A stretch of DNA of 35,824 nt from an uncultured virus (IMG/VR IMGVR_UViG_3300028833_000009) (taxonomy: Duplodnaviria > Heunggongvirae > Uroviricota > Caudoviricetes): IMG/VR virus record IMGVR_UViG_3300028833_000009. One strand, 5' to 3'. The notes beneath the pieces are model-generated. The model did not search any database and was not told where the DNA came from. It saw only the letters and a program-made list of their open reading frames with translations. Of this stretch, positions 1 through 7,826 are shown one piece after another; within the stretch, counting starts at the first letter, position 1; every line of letters begins with the position of its first letter. A program made the translations under genes and the position numbers.

Positions 1-92
1 ATTCCTGAAGTCCATGCAAGTCGTGCTTTAAATATCAGACCTTTATGTTTCAGAGTCCCTGACATTAATTCTTTTGCTTCATCAGCAGTCAT
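1..92 (-). CDS. hypothetical protein, 5' part only (runs off the left end)
   Basis: AGGAG SD, then ATG at 92 (MTADEAKELMSG...), open to position 1. Confidence 0.55.
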   Translation of the reverse strand, partial: MTADEAKELMSGTLKHKGLIFKARLAWTSG

Positions 93-105
93 GATGATTC
101 TTCTC

Positions 106-327
106 CTACTGTATCAGTTTATCCCAGTATACGCATCCATCCTTTTCAAGGGAATGACCATCTGGACTTTTTAAATGCTCCAGATAATCTTTCAAATATC
201 CGCAGACTTCATTGATAACTCCCTGAGTTGTCTTTGCATGCAGTAAATATGTTTCTATTGTTCCATCTTCCATGTAATTTTGTCTGAATGTAACATCATT
301 TTCGGTAATGCTGACATCGATGTGCAT
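106..327 (-). CDS. hypothetical protein (73 aa)
   Basis: ORF track; GAGGAGG SD upstream; tightly packed. Confidence 0.7.
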   Translation of the reverse strand: MHIDVSITENDVTFRQNYMEDGTIETYLLHAKTTQGVINEVCGYLKDYLEHLKSPDGHSLEKDGCVYWDKLIQ

Positions 328-331
328 TATA

Positions 332-793
332 TTAATCCTCCTCTGTTAAATATGTCAGGTCAATCCAACCGCTTTTACATTTTCCCCAATTAAAAAGAAC
401 CTGGCTGATAACTACTTCTTTGCCAGGTTTCAAATATCCAATGACTTTTCCGAATGGTTCTTTTCGAATCTTTACTTTGGATTTATTGTTGTTAATCCAC
501 ATAGAATATTCTTCAGTTTGTTCATCCACATATTCGTACCAAACCCAGACGGTTCCTGTTTCGCCACCTTCAACCTCAATCCAATGATGATTCTCACTCC
601 ATCCGTAAGCTTTCAGAATATCGCCCTGGTCAAACAACGATTCTGCTTTGGCTTTCTTTCGTGGTGCTGCACGACCGTTTAAAAGATTTGCTGTTACAAT
701 CACATTAGTAGACTCAGGTATTTTTTCTGTGTGGGATGGAAATATGGGGAGAAATGTGAACAGAACGATTAGGATGATCAGAAAACGTTTCAT
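332..793 (-). CDS. secreted/membrane-anchored protein with two SH3b-like domains
   Basis: Hydrophobic N-terminus (MKRFLIILIVLF); LNGR..P...W..V and VKIRKEP...IG.L..G..V...WG....GWI SH3b-type patterns. Confidence 0.65.
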   Translation of the reverse strand: MKRFLIILIVLFTFLPIFPSHTEKIPESTNVIVTANLLNGRAAPRKKAKAESLFDQGDILKAYGWSENHHWIEVEGGETGTVWVWYEYVDEQTEEYSMWINNNKSKVKIRKEPFGKVIGYLKPGKEVVISQVLFNWGKCKSGWIDLTYLTEED

Positions 794-1485
794 GTAATAT
801 CTCCTCCGATGTCGTTAAATATCACAGGAACTTTCTGCTGAAGTTCTCGGAGCAGCGGAATCATCACCTCCCGAATCTGCGGATGGGCGTCTTTGGCAGT
901 CCGAAGCTTTAGAATATTCCGCCATTCCCGGAAATTTGCAGTGACATATATTTCTGTTTTCAGGCTGTTTGGAAGTACAGCTCTGGCTTCCTGAGGGGTT
1001 GCGCCTATTTCAAGGAGCTGAAAATATCGACTTTCAGCAATCAGACAAGAGTTATACCAGAGAACATAGCGTTTTGTAATATCGGAGCTGTCTGAATTTG
1101 CCTGCAAAAATGGATGGTCATCGCTATGATGAATATCCTGTTCATTTCGTTCTTTGTAGAAACAGGGTTCAATCACAGTAATTTCATTGCCGAACTTGTC
1201 CTGAGAGTAGTTGCAGAATCGTGTACTTTCCTGAGAATATGACGCCAGACGATGTCTTACCATTTCATGCGATACACCACGATCCACAATAAATTTCACA
1301 GTGATTCGGCTGTGCTCAATGGCTGATTCGTGACCTCTGTCCATGAGAAGAGCGATGATTTTTTCTGCTGATCCCTCTTTGATGGCAGATTCACTTTTGT
1401 AGCATATTCTGGCTGCTTCCTCAATGATGGAAATATCATCCAGATCGAGTTTTCTGATTTCATAGGATGGTTTAATGACTTTCAT
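790..1485 (-). CDS. thyX: FAD-dependent thymidylate synthase
   Basis: Motifs GHESAIEH, RGVSHEMVRHRLASYSQESTR (RHR-x7-S), EARAVLP, NFREW, HPQIR. Confidence 0.95.
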   Translation of the reverse strand: MKVIKPSYEIRKLDLDDISIIEEAARICYKSESAIKEGSAEKIIALLMDRGHESAIEHSRITVKFIVDRGVSHEMVRHRLASYSQESTRFCNYSQDKFGNEITVIEPCFYKERNEQDIHHSDDHPFLQANSDSSDITKRYVLWYNSCLIAESRYFQLLEIGATPQEARAVLPNSLKTEIYVTANFREWRNILKLRTAKDAHPQIREVMIPLLRELQQKVPVIFNDIGGDIT

Positions 1486-1726
1486 TTATTAATGCCTCCA
1501 GTTTCTCTGAATAGTCTTTCTTGCAGGTTTCATATCCAAGTTTGTAAGCTTCTTCATAACGTTTTTGATCAGCAGTAAGTGCTTTAATAAGGTCTTCTTT
1601 GTTAATATCAATTCCCCATTCATATGCAATTTGGATACATTCATTAGCAATTTTTTCATCTATTTCTTTACCAATATTGCTGATTTCAGGTTTTTTATAA
1701 AGACGCGTTATTGGACTGATGTACAT
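1472..1726 (-). CDS. hypothetical protein; start revised to MYISP
   Basis: AGGAGG SD directly upstream of ATG at 1726. Confidence 0.7.
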   Translation of the reverse strand: MYISPITRLYKKPEISNIGKEIDEKIANECIQIAYEWGIDINKEDLIKALTADQKRYEEAYKLGYETCKKDYSEKLEALINESH

Positions 1727-1751
1727 TTTTCCTCCTATAATAATCTTGATA

Positions 1752-1952
1752 TTAACAATATCCAAACCAGCCGCAGTCGCATTCATACTTACGCTGCGAA
1801 GGATAGGAAAACATGATAATATCATATCTTACATAGACTTGTTTTCCACATTTGGGACATTCAATATTTGTGAGTTCTCTGTGAGAATTGCTCAATAGCA
1901 TTTTCATGATAGATGAATAATCGGGTTTCTTCTTATATTCTTCCCAAGTCAT
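1752..1952 (-). CDS. small zinc-ribbon protein, paralog of 1993..2196
   Basis: CPKC...CDCG; near-identical to neighbour. Confidence 0.75.
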   Translation of the reverse strand: MTWEEYKKKPDYSSIMKMLLSNSHRELTNIECPKCGKQVYVRYDIIMFSYPSQRKYECDCGWFGYC

Positions 1953-1992
1953 TATTCATTCCTTTCTGTTTTTCTCTGATTTTTCATTTTTT

Positions 1993-2196
1993 TTATGTAT
2001 AAGAATATCCAACCCAGCCGCAGTCGCATTCATATTGACGTTGTGGAGGATAGGTAGTCAGCACAATATCAGTTCTTACATATACTTGTTTTCCACATTT
2101 GGGGCATTCAATATTTGTGGGTTCTCTGTGAGAATTGCTCAACAGCATTTCCATAAGAAACGGATGATTTGTTTTTTGGTGTTCTTCCCAAGTCAT
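1993..2196 (-). CDS. small zinc-ribbon protein, paralog of 1752..1952
   Basis: CPKC...CDCG; AAGGAAG SD. Confidence 0.75.
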   Translation of the reverse strand: MTWEEHQKTNHPFLMEMLLSNSHREPTNIECPKCGKQVYVRTDIVLTTYPPQRQYECDCGWVGYSYT

Positions 2197-2200
2197 TGTT

Positions 2201-2680
2201 TTAAGACTTCCTTTCTGTCTTAATCATTTTGTTCCATAATTTATGCACTTCGATTTCAGTTTTTCCAGATGCTTCTTTTCCGCATTTATAGCATCTTAAG
2301 ACATATCTATTATCATCTCGTGTTCCTATCCAATGATGCTCTCTGCGTTTACATCCGCATGTGCATGGTAACAGCTTTTCTGCCCGTTCTCTTTCTTTTA
2401 CGGCTTCACATATTCCATGTGTAATCAAAGAATCTGTAATAAGAGAACCCGACAAATAAATCGTTGCATCTTGTCCTATCGCCCATTCAGGAACCTCCAA
2501 TTTTATAACTGCTTTCATTGTATGCTCCTTTTTATAGTCCTTCTTTAAAAACAATTCCTCTTCTATTCTTTTCCTGATAACCTCGCACACATAATCCTGA
2601 TCCACTTGCGTGTCAATTGATAACCCAGAATGCAGGACTTCTTCAACAATAGCAAGCATTATGCTTTCTCTTTTCGTCAT
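2201..2680 (-). CDS. hypothetical protein with C-terminal Lar-like (restriction alleviation) zinc ribbon
   Basis: LLPCTCG...RCYKCG...EVHKLWN resembles the Lar pattern L.PC.CG...C..CG...WN. Confidence 0.55.
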   Translation of the reverse strand: MTKRESIMLAIVEEVLHSGLSIDTQVDQDYVCEVIRKRIEEELFLKKDYKKEHTMKAVIKLEVPEWAIGQDATIYLSGSLITDSLITHGICEAVKERERAEKLLPCTCGCKRREHHWIGTRDDNRYVLRCYKCGKEASGKTEIEVHKLWNKMIKTERKS

Positions 2681-2691
2681 AGTGAAAACTC

Positions 2692-2952
2692 CTATTTAAG
2701 TCTTTCTTTAAGCAACCTATAATCATATGAATTAAACGGTAACTTAGTTGGAATTGTTATATTATTGAAAAATGCTCCACAATGTGGACATTTATCTGGC
2801 GAAATATCATACATTGCATACCTAAGCCTTGGAGAACCACATACAATATCAACACTTTGCTGTGCGTCTATTTCTTGCCAAATAATCTTCCAGCATTTTG
2901 TACAAACAGGCATAAACATAATCGATGCTATTTCTTTATCCATATCAACCAT
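2692..2952 (-). CDS. zinc-ribbon protein
   Basis: CTKC and CPHCG pairs. Confidence 0.7.
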   Translation of the reverse strand: MVDMDKEIASIMFMPVCTKCWKIIWQEIDAQQSVDIVCGSPRLRYAMYDISPDKCPHCGAFFNNITIPTKLPFNSYDYRLLKERLK

Positions 2953-2955
2953 ATA

Positions 2956-3222
2956 TTATTCCCACCTTAACCGCTTTCCACAGTTGTCACAGTAGTTGCA
3001 TCCATAGCTCTGCACCCAACCACATGCACCGCAACGAGGAACTCCATCAACATCTTCATGACTTGGCACAGGTTCTATCTTAGATTGAAACTCTATGCTT
3101 TCGACATTGTATGAATATGTTGCGCAATTTATTTCTTGTTCGATATCTGCTTTAATCTGTTCTTCCGTTGGTTCTTGATCTATGGTGTCTAATTCAAGTG
3201 TTACTACAAGTTTCTTTTTCAT
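2956..3222 (-). CDS. zinc-ribbon protein
   Basis: CGACG...YCDNCG.RL.W; GGAGG SD. Confidence 0.75.
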   Translation of the reverse strand: MKKKLVVTLELDTIDQEPTEEQIKADIEQEINCATYSYNVESIEFQSKIEPVPSHEDVDGVPRCGACGWVQSYGCNYCDNCGKRLRWE

Positions 3223-3276
3223 TTATACTAACCTCCGTCTTGTCCTTCTTTTAATTTGTAATACAGCAAAATATCA

Positions 3277-3627
3277 TCATGTCCATTTAATTGCCTGACC
3301 GCACCAATGGCAATAATGTGTTCCTTTTCCCCACAAACCAGTATTGCATACCGGGCATCGGCCTGTTAAAAGATACTCAAATCCTTCTGGAATTTCACAT
3401 TCTAAAGGTTTTACTGCTAATTGTCTGTCTCTTTTATCTTTTATTGCATCTTCAACACCTTTTAATTTATTTGTCAGTTTGGAAATGATTTCACTTTGTG
3501 CAACAATAATCGCAAGTTGTCTGTCTGTTTTGTTGCAAAGACTTATTATTTCCTCTGCTTCATTTTTTGATATTTCTACAGTATTTTGGCACAAAGTACA
3601 TTTCTCAATAAGTTCATCTTTTAACAT
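3277..3627 (-). CDS. coiled-coil plus C-terminal zinc-ribbon protein
   Basis: CPVC...YCHWCGQAIKW; AAGGA SD. Confidence 0.75.
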   Translation of the reverse strand: MLKDELIEKCTLCQNTVEISKNEAEEIISLCNKTDRQLAIIVAQSEIISKLTNKLKGVEDAIKDKRDRQLAVKPLECEIPEGFEYLLTGRCPVCNTGLWGKGTHYCHWCGQAIKWT

Positions 3628-4145
3628 GGTCGTTTCCTTTCTAAATCAGCAAGTTAAAGTCCTTCTTTAATCTATCAGAATCTTTTTTATTCTTGCCATT
3701 TCACGAGCAAATGCTTTCTTGTATCGCACCTTTTTGTAATGCTTTTTTGTTGAAAAATGGCATAACCCTTTGCGCATCACTGGATATGGGTACCACATAT
3801 CAAAATCTCCTATTTAAATATTTAAATGGCTACGGGGCAGGCTTTTCCTGCATACTGACATGGTTTTCTGTCAGCGTTCTTGTCTCCTTATTTTGGTTGG
3901 GAGCAGTTAAACGACCCGTAAAATTTACTTTTGTTCAGTTACCTTTATTTTGTCTACGTTTTTTTTTAATGAACAACATTTTTATTCGATCACGAACGCC
4001 AATTTTCTTCTGCTTTGTAATGCTATCATATCTGCATGCTAACCCGTATTCACATATTATCCCGTTCCTATATTTACACTGTAAGCATTTTTCTTGAATG
4101 CGCAGCATTTTATTCTCCTTTTAAGATTCAAATATGTGCATATTT

Positions 4146-4367
4146 TTATTTCTCCTTATTTGTAGGATATAAGTAAACTGGAACACCTTTATACTTGCAA
4201 TCTTTTGAATCTTCTGGTGCATCAGGAAACATTGTATAAAACCAGCTTTCCGTTAAAAAAATATAGGCCGGTTTCTTTCCCTGATTCTTTAATGTTTCCC
4301 AAATTGCCTTATTCATTTGTTTTTGGATTTTTAGTTTCTTAAAATATCGCTTAAACATTCCGCTCAC
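4146..4367 (-). CDS. hypothetical protein (73 aa)
   Basis: GTG start overlapping the upstream stop. Confidence 0.6.
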   Translation of the reverse strand: MSGMFKRYFKKLKIQKQMNKAIWETLKNQGKKPAYIFLTESWFYTMFPDAPEDSKDCKYKGVPVYLYPTNKEK

Positions 4368-4585
4368 CCTTCAACGATTTCTTTTGCTTCTTTTAGCCAA
4401 TCTTTGATTCTGGATATAGCTTTTCGTGTAAACCGAAGATTATCACGGATCAGGTAATATTCGGAATTTTCAAGGCCGGTGCTCAGACCTTTATTCCATT
4501 CTCTTTCCGCGATAAGTGCTTCTTCTTCCAGCCATTCCAGCTCTTTCTCAACCACGTACTTGTAAGGATTAAATTCATTGAGCAT
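4364..4585 (-). CDS. hypothetical helical protein (73 aa)
   Basis: AGGAGG SD before ATG at 4585. Confidence 0.7.
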   Translation of the reverse strand: MLNEFNPYKYVVEKELEWLEEEALIAEREWNKGLSTGLENSEYYLIRDNLRFTRKAISRIKDWLKEAKEIVEG

Positions 4586-4695
4586 TGTTTATGCCTCCTA
4601 AAAATGGAGGCTGGGTGTATGGTATACGTCTGTCCGCGTTTCTTCCATCGGATCTCGAGATCCTTCAATAACACTTTGGGACTGACCGGATCCAT
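4483..4695 (-). CDS. hypothetical protein, doubtful (overlaps next gene by about 100 nt)
   Basis: First ORF after the promoter motif at 4719-4743; GAGGAG SD. Confidence 0.35.
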   Translation of the reverse strand: MDPVSPKVLLKDLEIRWKKRGQTYTIHPASIFRRHKQCSMNLILTSTWLRKSWNGWKKKHLSRKENGIKV

Positions 4696-4718
4696 ACTAA
4701 TCCAGCTCTCCTCTTCTC

Positions 4719-4743
4719 ATTATAGGCATTGTAATTTTTGCGA
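4719..4743 (-). promoter_or_regulatory. phage promoter motif copy
   Basis: TCGCA AAAATT ACA ATGCC TATAAT, then GAG. Confidence 0.75.
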
Positions 4744-4775
4744 AAAAGAGAAGCCCTTGTACAGGACTCCTCCGT
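4744..4775 (-). terminator. intrinsic terminator after the Ro60 gene
   Basis: GGAGGAGTCCT-GTACA-AGGGCTTCTC-TTTTT. Confidence 0.8.
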
Positions 4776-4781
4776 TTTTTT

Positions 4782-6227
4782 TCAGTTAAAGGTATACTCC
4801 TCAATTCTCTTAAGAAGCGTGCCTTCGCCTTTCTCAGCCAGTATAATGAATTCAAATATCTTTTCGGACCATCCGGCAATGATATTTGTCTTCTTTCCGG
4901 TAAACTGCTGCGTGCCGTATCCTTGCAGATCAATCGCATGCACCCAGATATCGTTACCTGTCTGTTTACGATACTGATCTGCCAGTGATTGAACAGTTGT
5001 ATGGCGCCACCAGGTAATTCCGGTATTGCATTCATTATCCGAAAGTATAATGACACGATCCACACGTATACCTCTGCTCATCAGATAATGGAATGGCTGA
5101 CCAATATCTGTTCCGCCAACCGTGCCCTCCTGACTGATTACAGTAGAAATCAGCGGGACATTTGCAGGAATATGCATTGGATAAATATGCGTATCAAACT
5201 GACACACATAAGCATCCTCGCAAAGTCTGTTTGCAATCAGTCCGAGCATCGTAGCGATTTCATAGCAACTAACCTTCGATTTCTGGCTTATCCAGGAATC
5301 CATTGATCCTGAAGAATCAATTGCAATAAGTGTTCTTCCTGGAATCTTCGGCAGATTGTCAACAGAATATGCTGCAGCCTGTTCGAGAGCATTCAGTACT
5401 TTGCTTCCGCATGTATCCTGAACAGCTTTGTATGCAGACAAATATCTGAAAGGCAACTGCTTGGAATTTCTTACTGCCTCAGGATTGGAAATATGATCGA
5501 GAACCCTGTCCAGATTCTGCGGCTCAGCGGCAAGAATATTCCGCAGATTCCTGAGCAGTGCCATATAGCCCACCTTACCAGAATCAATCAATGCTTCCCA
5601 GGTCTGCTGATTATTTCCTTTGGCAGACAATTCCACTTCCCAGGTATACGGAGCTTCCAGTCGATCCTCAAGTAGTTTTTTCCAGGTCTCAGACTGCTTA
5701 TCGTTCTCAGGAGAAGGATGGCAAAGGCAGAGAATATCCCTCATCTTCACTTCCTTACCGGTTCCCTTATACTTGGCAAGAGTATAAGCGTCGAAGGTTG
5801 TGAAAATATCCCGCAGTCCTTTGCGAAGACTATTGGGAATAGGCTTGCCATACTTACCGAGATAACAGGACAGAACTTCGGTTGCGTCATCTCCACGAAG
5901 CACAATGCCCTTCAATGTCCGCTTCACAAAAGGTTTCCCTTCAATTGCATGAGCCAGCTGAGCAGTCAGTACATGGGAAATAGACCGCATGTTGAACTCA
6001 CGACGGGCAAATATCGCCAGATTGGATACGAACTTCGGATCGGTCTTGATAACACGATCCACGGTTTCGATAATCTCATCAGAATTATCGCCATAGAACT
6101 TCTTCTCATTGAAGAATGAAGTCAGAACCTGGGTAATGAGTTTAGACTTGTCATCCATGGAATATGCGACATGTCCGCAATGGTTTTCGGTCTTGATGGA
6201 TTTGGCGTCATTGTTGAATTTGGACAT
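4782..6227 (-). CDS. rsr: Ro60/Rsr-family RNA-binding protein (TROVE + VWA), 481 aa; start revised to MSKFNND
   Basis: TROVE motifs (F.E.KFY, AR...NMRS, LAKY, HP.P, TWE..LS, GYMALLRNLRNI, PFRYL.A) and VWA MIDAS DSSGSM, GGTD, ILSDNE; AGGAGG SD before ATG at 6227. Confidence 0.92.
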   Translation of the reverse strand: MSKFNNDAKSIKTENHCGHVAYSMDDKSKLITQVLTSFFNEKKFYGDNSDEIIETVDRVIKTDPKFVSNLAIFARREFNMRSISHVLTAQLAHAIEGKPFVKRTLKGIVLRGDDATEVLSCYLGKYGKPIPNSLRKGLRDIFTTFDAYTLAKYKGTGKEVKMRDILCLCHPSPENDKQSETWKKLLEDRLEAPYTWEVELSAKGNNQQTWEALIDSGKVGYMALLRNLRNILAAEPQNLDRVLDHISNPEAVRNSKQLPFRYLSAYKAVQDTCGSKVLNALEQAAAYSVDNLPKIPGRTLIAIDSSGSMDSWISQKSKVSCYEIATMLGLIANRLCEDAYVCQFDTHIYPMHIPANVPLISTVISQEGTVGGTDIGQPFHYLMSRGIRVDRVIILSDNECNTGITWWRHTTVQSLADQYRKQTGNDIWVHAIDLQGYGTQQFTGKKTNIIAGWSEKIFEFIILAEKGEGTLLKRIEEYTFN

Positions 6228-6272
6228 AACAGTACCCCTCCTAAAAATATTGTTGACAATAGTAATAAGAAG

Positions 6273-6389
6273 TTTGTTCATGCAGATAAAATCGTAAAGA
6301 GTTTAGACAAAGAACACGAAAGGGGGTGAACAATGGAAACCGTAATAATTTCGAAGTAACTCTTTACTGGCAATGCTGCATGAAACAAA
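6273..6389 (-). ncRNA. Y-RNA-like hairpin B
   Basis: Stems UCAUGCAG/CUGCAUGA and GUAAAGAG/CUCUUUAC, then UUACUUCGAA; directly upstream of Ro60. Confidence 0.7.
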
Positions 6390-6393
6390 CAAA

Positions 6394-6474
6394 GGAGAGG
6401 TAGATCAATTCATAAACGGCTTTACAATCAAATCCCTAATTCGAAGTATCCGTTTATTACAATACTACCTCTCC
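6394..6474 (-). ncRNA. Y-RNA-like hairpin A
   Basis: Stems GGAGAGGUAG/CUACCUCUCC and AUAAACGG/CCGUUUAU, then AUACUUCGAA; begins at the first base after the promoter motif. Confidence 0.7.
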
Positions 6475-6499
6475 ATTTATAGCGTTGTAAAATTTGCGA
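6475..6499 (-). promoter_or_regulatory. phage promoter motif copy (drives Y-like RNAs and Ro60)
   Basis: TCGCA AATTTT ACA ACGCT ATAAAT, then GGAG. Confidence 0.75.
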
Positions 6500-6503
6500 T
6501 TTT

Positions 6504-6764
6504 TTACGCAGTGGCATATGCTTCTTCGTTCAGATACTCATCAATCACCATAAGCAAATATCTGAGACCTTTATACTTATGTGTTGGAAGCCGCCGAAGA
6601 TCATTCAGACGAATCCCATTACGCAGAATATCATACAAAAGTCCATTATGCCGATGCCACATCAGCAGTTCTCTCCGTCCAGAAAAGTTGAGATAAATAT
6701 CGAATCCGGATTGTTTATAATTGTTTACACCGACGACCTTAATGTTCCCTTCCTTGTTACACAT
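6504..6764 (-). CDS. hypothetical protein (86 aa) in the Ro60 locus
   Basis: AAGGAGG SD; ORF track. Confidence 0.75.
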   Translation of the reverse strand: MCNKEGNIKVVGVNNYKQSGFDIYLNFSGRRELLMWHRHNGLLYDILRNGIRLNDLRRLPTHKYKGLRYLLMVIDEYLNEEAYATA

Positions 6765-6797
6765 GATAAATCCTCCTTTTTAATAATTGATAAAAAT

Positions 6798-6906
6798 AAA
6801 GAGAAGACAAAACGTTCATGCGTCGTTTCATACGCATCTTCAAACTCAGTTTCTGTTTATTCATTGCATGCCTGAGTTCGGTATATCAAGCTTGTCTTCT
6901 CTTCTC
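6798..6906 (-). ncRNA. structured RNA C (three-stem junction), or 5' leader of the 86-aa gene
   Basis: AAGAGAAGACAA/UUGUCUUCUCUU closing stem followed by a U-rich tail; inner stems GAACUCAG/CUGAGUUU and AUGCGU/ACGCAU. Confidence 0.55.
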
Positions 6907-6931
6907 ATTTATAGCGTTGTAAAATTTGCGA
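6907..6931 (-). promoter_or_regulatory. phage promoter motif copy
   Basis: TCGCA AATTTT ACA ACGCT ATAAAT, identical to 6475-6499. Confidence 0.75.
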
Positions 6932-6966
6932 ACAGAAAGAAAAACGGGGCTTTGCGCTCCTGGTCG

Positions 6967-7017
6967 TCACCAGGTCATTGCGCGTTCCCCTTCGCATAAA
7001 AACGGAGCTCCACACAT
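6967..7017 (-). CDS. possible 16-aa peptide MCGAPFLCEGERAMTW inside structured transcript D
   Basis: AAGGAGG-N9-ATG...TGA; the only ORF between the promoter at 7066-7090 and the terminator at about 6935-6990. Confidence 0.4.
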   Translation of the reverse strand: MCGAPFLCEGERAMTW

Positions 7018-7065
7018 CTGTTTTACCCTCCTTTCGGTTTTCAGTAAACGTATGCATCCGTTTCT

Positions 7066-7090
7066 ATTTATAGCATTGAATTTTTTGCGA
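7066..7090 (-). promoter_or_regulatory. phage promoter motif copy
   Basis: TCGCA AAAAAT TCA ATGCT ATAAAT, then AGA. Confidence 0.7.
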
Positions 7091-7118
7091 AAAAGAAAGG
7101 CTGCGTAGTGCAGCCCTC
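7091..7118 (-). terminator. intrinsic terminator
   Basis: AGGGCTGC-ACTAC-GCAGCCTT-TCTTTTT. Confidence 0.8.
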
Positions 7119-7122
7119 TGTC

Positions 7123-7428
7123 TTAGGGATCAAAAATCCCATCTTCAAGTTTCTTAATAAACTCGTTGTTGTAGTCATGCTTATTAATCCTACGATGGGC
7201 ATCATAGTTAATGATCATCTTAAGACGATATATCTTTTCAGACGTATCCTTGATAATTCTTGCAGCCCTCATTTCTTCATAAGAAGCAAATTCGTGCCCT
7301 TCAGAATCAAAATTCTGCAAGTCATCAAAGTTAATATGCACGTCTTTCAGCGCCTTAACACAATCAATAATCACCCGATGATACTCTTCTTTAATCCTTT
7401 TAACTACATCTTCGTGTTCCATTGTCAT
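7123..7428 (-). CDS. hypothetical protein (101 aa)
   Basis: GGAGGTG SD; own promoter motif and terminator. Confidence 0.75.
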   Translation of the reverse strand: MTMEHEDVVKRIKEEYHRVIIDCVKALKDVHINFDDLQNFDSEGHEFASYEEMRAARIIKDTSEKIYRLKMIINYDAHRRINKHDYNNEFIKKLEDGIFDP

Positions 7429-7443
7429 TTTGTCATCACCTCC

Positions 7444-7468
7444 AAATATGGAGTTGTTTCAAATGCGA
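7444..7468 (-). promoter_or_regulatory. phage promoter motif copy
   Basis: TCGCA TTTGAA ACA ACTCC ATATTT, then GGAGGTG. Confidence 0.7.
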
Positions 7469-7469
7469 T

Positions 7470-7826
7470 TTACTCGTAATCAGGATTTTTACAAGGAGGA
7501 ATTTTCAGAATAAAGCGTTTATAGTATTCCTCAAATTTATCTTTCGGAATTAACCAATATCTTAATTCAATCGGTTTAAAATTATTCTTTTCACATTTTG
7601 CCTTAAAAATAGCATCATGTTTCGATGAATAATAAGTTTCCGGAGGATATACTATATTCATATATATGTCTTTTGACATTCCATCTGCAGAAGTTCCAAG
7701 CCATGCTTCGATATATGCCGAACCAGGTTTCTTGTAGGTTTTAACGTAACTATTTTGAAATCTTGGATCTGTTTCCGTAACATAAGTATTTTTTAGTTTA
7801 TCATAATACATATAATCAGGACTCAT
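7470..7826 (-). CDS. hypothetical protein (118 aa)
   Basis: GGAGG SD; ATGA overlap with upstream gene. Confidence 0.7.
   Translation of the reverse strand: MSPDYMYYDKLKNTYVTETDPRFQNSYVKTYKKPGSAYIEAWLGTSADGMSKDIYMNIVYPPETYYSSKHDAIFKAKCEKNNFKPIELRYWLIPKDKFEEYYKRFILKIPPCKNPDYE

Noticed and set aside
3630..4110. Programmed frameshift at the 9-T run near 3960, or an ncRNA in this gap
   Set aside because: Neither shifted frame extends meaningfully; only short ORF remnants and no convincing stems
6333..6359. Plus-strand mini-ORF METVIISK with a strong SD
   Set aside because: Eight codons, opposite to all other genes and inside a covarying RNA hairpin; treated as an antisense loop, though not fully excluded
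6798..6906. Hammerhead ribozyme (three-stem junction)
   Set aside because: Junctions read CUUGAUAUACC and GAAG, not the required CUGANGA, GAAA and UH core
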